A program made the translations under genes and the position numbers. The notes beneath the pieces are model-generated. The model was not told where the DNA came from. It did no database searches and was given only the letters and a program-made list of their open reading frames with translations. From the human T2T-CHM13v2.0 reference genome, Homo sapiens: a stretch of DNA of 64,000 nt. The stretch lies in assembly GCF_009914755.1 (NCBI RefSeq), contig NC_060929.1. One strand, 5' to 3'. Below are positions 56,587-64,000 of this stretch, one piece after another; position 1 is the first letter of the stretch, and every line of letters starts with the position of its first letter.

Positions 56587-56750
56587 TTTTCTTTTTTTAT
56601 TGTTTGAGAAAGAGTCTCACTCTGTCACTCAGGTTGGAGTACACTGGCACAATTATGGCTCACTGTGGCCTCTACCTCCTGAGCTCAAGCAATCCTCCTG
56701 CCTCAGCCTCCCAAGGTACTGGGATTATAGGCATGAGCCACCACACCCAG
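56587..56750 (-). mobile_element. Alu monomer-length element (FLAM or arm-fused AluJ)
   Basis: Antisense right-arm end fused to GAGCTCAAGCAATCCTCCTGCCTCAGCCTCCCAAGGTACTGGGATTATAGG. Confidence 0.8.
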
Positions 56751-56803
56751 TCTATTACATAATTTTCATAACATTTTGTTGGTGTGTTTTAAAATCACAA
56801 TGA

Positions 56804-57186
<383 letters not shown>

Positions 57187-57554
57187 TAACCTGCAGCAAT
57201 ATTCAATCACTGAAAGACACCAGCAAACACTATTGGAAGGTGTTTGAATAATATTACATTCAGATCTACTAGCAAGGTTTACAACACCACTCTCAGGTGT
57301 CAAAATTGCAGTGTAAGGGTGAATTTTGTTTCAAAGTTAATTTTTCTTGTAACCCACTCATAGCATTTATATAAAGTACACTATGCATATGAACTTATTA
57401 GTATTTATTTTAGTTGCAAAAATGACTTGCTGTTTTCAGGAGACAGGACCATGAACACACACATGACAGCTACAAGCAACACTGACTGATTAAATTGTGA
57501 CCACTTCTCTCCTAAACTAGGACTTTTGTCCTAGTTTCTGGAAATGTCAACCCT

Positions 57555-57943
57555 TTTAGCTCATTTTGTGCTGCTATAACAAAATACTAGCAATGCAGTA
57601 ATTTATAATGAACAGAAGTTGATTGGCTTGTGGTTCTGAAGGTTGGGAAGTCCAAGATCAAGGGACTGACATATGATGAGGGCCTTCATGCTGCATCATC
57701 ACACAGTAGAAGGCAGAAGGGCAAAGAAAGAAAAACAGAGAGTAAAAGGTTCTGAACTGGTCCTTTTATAAGGAACCCACTCCAAAAACAACAAATCCAC
57801 TCCCACAATAATGGCATTAATCCATTCTTGAGGGCAGAGTCCTCATGATCTAAACACATCTAAAAGGTCCTTCTCTCCAACACCTCCAAATTGGAGATCA
57901 AGTTTCCAACACATCAACTTTGGGAGATACATTCAAACCATAG
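57555..57943 (-). mobile_element. MLT1A/MST-type solo LTR
   Basis: GCTGCTATAACAAAATAC...GGGAAGTCCAAGATCAAGG...GGCATTAATCCATTCTTGAGGGCAGAG...ACATTCAAACCATAG. Confidence 0.85.
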
Positions 57944-58349
57944 AGTCCACCCTACTCTTCAAGCCAACTTGTCAGTTCTTCCTGCTCTGACTTTTGACTT
58001 GATGTCAGTGGATTTCTTTTAAACAGTAATGTCTCCATGTTGATTAAGCTTTCATTCTCACTTGAGAATTATCATCACTTTTCTCATTTTCTCAATTTTT
58101 GTCTGATTTTATCATCAAGATTTGGAATTTTTAAAAATTATACAAATTTTTCAAGAAATTCTGGGAAGGAATTCCTTCATGGAAATGACTTTTTCCTGAG
58201 CCATCCAGAGGGAATACTACTGTGGCCCACATAGTCTCTTTCTAACGGCCAAGTTTCTCAGCTGAGGAAGCAATTTAAGTCTTCCCACTACATTAAACAA
58301 ACTACAAATTTTATTTGCTTTTCAGACTGTGTCTCTGAGAAGCTGTCCA

Positions 58350-58800
58350 TTGACTTGTTTAAGCAACTCATTGATTGTCTACTGTGTCAGGCACAGCACT
58401 GGGGACGTGAAGATGAGGAGACACAGTCCCCACCCACTACCCCAAACCTGAAGTATGGAGACAGGTGATCGGCTCAGGATTACAGGCAATGATGACTAGC
58501 TCATGGACATCAGGGGTCTCAGGGAACTCACAGAAGCCGATGCCAATCCCACCTGAAGATGTCTGAGAAAGTTCTACACAGGAAGTGACAATTTGGTTGA
58601 TTTTAGAAGGGAACGGACACATTTTCCAGACAGAAAGAAAAGATAAAGAAAATCACACACGGAGCCCAGCAAATGCGGGGTCATGAAATGCAAGATCCTA
58701 TATGCCACACTGGGGAGTTTCCCTCTATCCCCTGGTGAGTGAGACGCCTTTGAGGCATGTAGTCAGGGGAGCAATGTGATCAGACCTGTGGGTTAGAACA
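58350..58800 (-). mobile_element. L2 fragment
   Basis: CTACTGTGTCAGGCACAGCACTGGGGACGTGAAGATGAGGAGACACAGTCCC. Confidence 0.6.
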
Positions 58801-59679
58801 ATTTGTTAGGAAAACTCCCCCCCACACACTCATGCATGGATATCTCTTGGCAGAACTCCAGAGACTCAGAGCTCATTTATCCAAAATCAAGTTCAATAGC
58901 CGGCTGTTCCCATTGGAACATTTAGGTGATAGTGGTTTTCTTTTTTTTTTTTTTTCATCAATTGATCTAGGTGAACACCTGAGCTTTAGTCTGAAAACAG
59001 GGGATGTCAGTGCCCAAAGACACTTCACAGGAGAATCTCCCACCTCAGTCCAGAGCTGATTAGTGAGCACCATTCACTTCCTACTGGAAAACCCTATCCT
59101 CCTTAAAGACCCAGCCATAACCACCTGTTCCAGGCTGAGAGATGTCTCCTGTCCTGAATCCATTTCCACATGTTGAGTTCAGTGAAAGACATTCTGTTGA
59201 CCTGGTAAAAGGCACCACCCTTCCCAGATCATCACCTGGCAGCAAATGTGTGGTTCTGTCTTTTTTGTTTTGTTTTTGTCTTGTTTTGTTTTGTTTACCA
59301 TGTCATTTGCTCCTGGTCACCTGTGACTTGAGAAGCAAAACTATGCATACCAATGCAAAAAGCTGAAGTGATGTTGGGGGCAGCATCACCCACTCAAACA
59401 CACTGGACTGGATTTTTCTCCAACCAGCCTGGAGACCCAGGAGCACCAAGCAACAGCATCAGAGAACTGACTTGTCTCAAAGCAAAATCAGATGGTTCAC
59501 AGTCGGCAAGCCTTTTGATCACAAGTTGCATCCTTCCCCATCTTCTATCTCCATTTTCACCCTAAAGGGTCTGGTGGCTAAAAGGAGCCCAATCAATAAC
59601 CTCATCAGGGTGAGAATGGGACCACAAAATAAACTTGCACTTGCTAGCATGTTTTGTTTTCATTATTAAGAATCTGATC

Positions 59680-61135
<1,456 letters not shown>

Positions 61136-61861
61136 AAATAAGAGAATAATCCAATCTGAATTCTTGGACTGTTGTCTGACTGGTATCTTAAGAAAAGTAA
61201 TGACAGACCTCTGGCCTGCAGAATCCCTTAGTGACCCCCGAAAATGGTCATACACACACACACACATGCACACACACAACACGGGCACAAGCAGGGCACA
61301 AGGGATCTTTCAGTCACTTGTTGAGCCCAGGTAAGTATACATGGAACTTAAGATCTCAGAGCTCCACCAGGCCTTCCTAAAGGAAACCAACTTCATAAAG
61401 TGTTCACAATGCAGGGACTGACCACTGCTGTGAATCCCCATCTCAGGGGAGGCCAAGGCATGTCCTGGGCATCATAGAGGGCAAATGGACAAGGGAAGAT
61501 CTCAGACCTCACTGGACAGGGCTCCCCGGACATTCTTAGAGCCAGACTAGCAAAAGTTCCCCTTAGAATTAATTTCATGAAAGCGTTTAGTCTCATTCTA
61601 TGAATTAAACATTATGCTAGAAACTTGAGATATGTTCAATAAAAATAAAAGGTACTATCCTTGGCCCCACTTTCTAGCACGGTATGTACACACAGACGTG
61701 TGTACGGATCCTGACATGTGTCACTGGTAACTATTAACTTAGGTAGAAATGTAGATAATATGTTACAAGAACAAGGGACAGTGAGAAAGGCTTCTTGGAG
61801 AAAGTGATTCTTGAGGTGGGCTTTAACGGGATGTGATTTCTCCTGATAAAAGAAGGGAAGA

Positions 61862-62163
<302 letters not shown>

Positions 62164-62299
62164 TTTAAGAGAAGAGAGAACATTCTAGACAGAAAGACAA
62201 ACCCACAACAAATCTCAGAGGCATAAAGTATATCACTTGAGAGCAGGGTAGCAAAAAAATGCTGAAAAGGTGGGCAGGGCCAACATCTGAGTGTACTTA

Positions 62300-62930
62300 C
62301 TACTGTTTCCATCAGGATGGGCTAGAGTGTGCTGCAATGACAACAAAGTTCTTAGAGTTCTGTGACTTAGCCCGGTAAAGGTTTATTTCTCACTCACAAA
62401 AAGTCTAAGACCGCAGGCTGTCTCCTCCCTCCATAGCCTCTAGGTAGGATCTTTTCTTGCCTCATCTGGTTTCTGGTGGCCCCAGCTGTTCCTTGACTTT
62501 CAGCATCATGCCAATCTCTGCCTCCGTCTTCACACAACCTTCTCTCCTCTGTATCTATCTGTGTCCAGATTTTTCTCTTCATATAACGACATCAGTCACA
62601 GTAGATTTAGAGCCCACCCTAATGTCCTCATTTTGACTTGATGATATCTGCGAAGACTATTTCCAAATAAGGCCACACTCACAGGTGTGAGGAATTAGGA
62701 TTTCAACATAGCTTTTAAGGAGACACACACATATAGCCTACAAGGTCACCACAGCAGGACAGGAAAGAGCTCAGGGAAAACACAGGATGTTTTAAGGGCC
62801 AAGCGTGGAAGTGACTTCCACCACTTTTGCCTCTCTCCTATTGGCCAGAACTTGGTCAGTTGGTCTCGGTCTAATGCGAGAGAAGGGGAGTGCAGAGGAG
62901 CATGTGAAGTCTAGTGAGTATCCACAGTGT
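62300..62930 (-). mobile_element. Old MLT1 LTR with a nested MLT1B/C-like LTR (~62400-62740)
   Basis: AAAGGTTTATTTCTCACTCAC; CCAATCTCTGCCTCCGTCTTCACA...CTATTTCCAAATAAGGCCACACTCACAGGT; CCTATTGGCCAGAACTTGGTCA. Confidence 0.7.
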
Positions 62931-63141
62931 TCTCTGTGACTTCCATGTTCAGGAGGCTTCAGCTTTGTCCCTCAGGCAACAGGATGCCAAAAGTGTGGGG
63001 AGGGAGAGGGGAGGAGCGGGTAAAGTGAGCAGCATTCGGTTGTGGCCGATGGGTTAGACAGGAGCAGTCCAGGAGATCAGATGGGTGAAGACGCCATCGA
63101 AGTGACACAGAGGGAGGGTGATGAAGACCTGCAACAGGGCT

Positions 63142-63420
63142 GGATTAGTGAGAAGAGAGCAGGTGAAATCGCTTTTGGATTAGTGAGAAGAGAGTGGGTG
63201 CAATCGCTTTTGGATTAGTGAGAAGAGAGCAGGTGAAATCACTTTCGGATCAGTGAGAAAAGAGCGGGTGAAATCGCTTTTGGATTAGTGAGAAGAGAGC
63301 GGGTGAAATCGCTTTTGGATTAGTGAAAAGAGAGCAGGCGAAATCACTTTTGGATCAGTGAGAAAAGAGCAGGTGAAATCGCTTTTGGATTAGTTAGAAG
63401 AGAGAGGGTGAAATCACTTT
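63142..63420. repeat. 35-bp minisatellite (VNTR-type), 8 copies, inside an L2 fossil
   Basis: Unit GGATTAGTGAGAAGAGAGCAGGTGAAATCGCTTTT starts at 63142, 63177, 63212, 63247, 63282, 63317, 63352 and 63387, with 0-4 substitutions each. Confidence 0.97.
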
Positions 63421-64000
63421 GAGGAAATTTTCAGAGAACCAGACAAAGAGAAAAGAGAAGGAATCATTTATCTGTCTTAACAATCCATTCACATCAAAAT
63501 ATTAGAGTTTGAGCTGAAGGAATGCATTCAGCTTTGGAGAAACTCTTCCAAATAGTTCGCAAAGTTTCGCAAACGTCCAAAACCAGATCATTTTGCTAAA
63601 ATTATCTATATAGTAGACACCACTGAAGTAAGTGCAGAGTTGCACATAATGAAACCTGGAGAGGAGATGAAGGGGCAAAGTCAAACCAGAAATCTCTTTG
63701 AGGACTTTCCTTCTTTTGCAAGGGGATCACAGAGAAAAGAACACGTTTTGGAAAAATACCCTGGAGGTTTCATGTTTCCACTTTGATGCCACTTCTGCAA
63801 GATGATGCCAAAAGTTCAGCACTACTCCTAGGGGAGTAAAAGGAACAAGCACCAGGGATGACCACGTCCACATCAGATATGAGCTAGAGGGGGCGGCCTC
63901 CCACGGACACGTTTGAGTTCTGTGTTCTCAGGGATAACTTCCCCCAGGACGCCCATGCCCTGCAAGACAAACAGCTCTCCAGGAGGAGGGTGTCCTGCCT

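Noticed and set aside
57514-57537. Perfect 10-bp hairpin AAACTAGGAC-TTTT-GTCCTAGTTT
   Set aside because: It does not match the histone stem-loop. The flanks (GTGACCA...GTCAACCCT) suggest a degenerate palindromic hAT MITE or chance.
63142-63420. 35-nt periodicity resembling a CRISPR array
   Set aside because: The units are head-to-tail with no unique spacers, there are no cas genes, and the context is mammalian.
63878-63900. CTAGAGGGGGCGG as a CTCF site
   Set aside because: The 5' half deviates from the CCASYAG core, too weak to call without data.

Overview
Primate (most likely human or another hominoid) non-coding genomic DNA, either intergenic or deep intronic. Roughly two thirds of it is recognisable transposable-element debris: about 35 Alu/FLAM/FRAM SINEs, MIR and L2 fossils, L1 fragments from young L1PA to old L1M, many solo LTRs (THE1, MLT1, MLT2, MER4, LTR16/33/40-like, MER74-like) and DNA-transposon MITEs (MER1, MER3/33, MER5, MER20, MER46, MER58, MER91, Tigger3). 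I could not identify any protein-coding gene, structural RNA gene, CpG island or CRISPR array. Nearly all listed ORFs are Alu, L1 or microsatellite read-throughs; the only protein-like ones are L1 ORF2 remnants. The most notable items are a consensus-perfect 5'-truncated AluY with a target-site duplication (TSD; candidate polymorphic insertion), a twin-primed inverted L1 with a 13-bp TSD, a decayed hAT/Tip100-type transposase, a 279-nt pure-purine GAAA/GGAA tract, an 8 x 35-bp minisatellite grown from L2 sequence, and a repeat-free island (22.5-24.8 kb) with a textbook 91-nt intron. I see no convincing evidence of a new biological system. Subfamily names are recalled from memory of consensus sequences, and boundaries are approximate unless a TSD is quoted.
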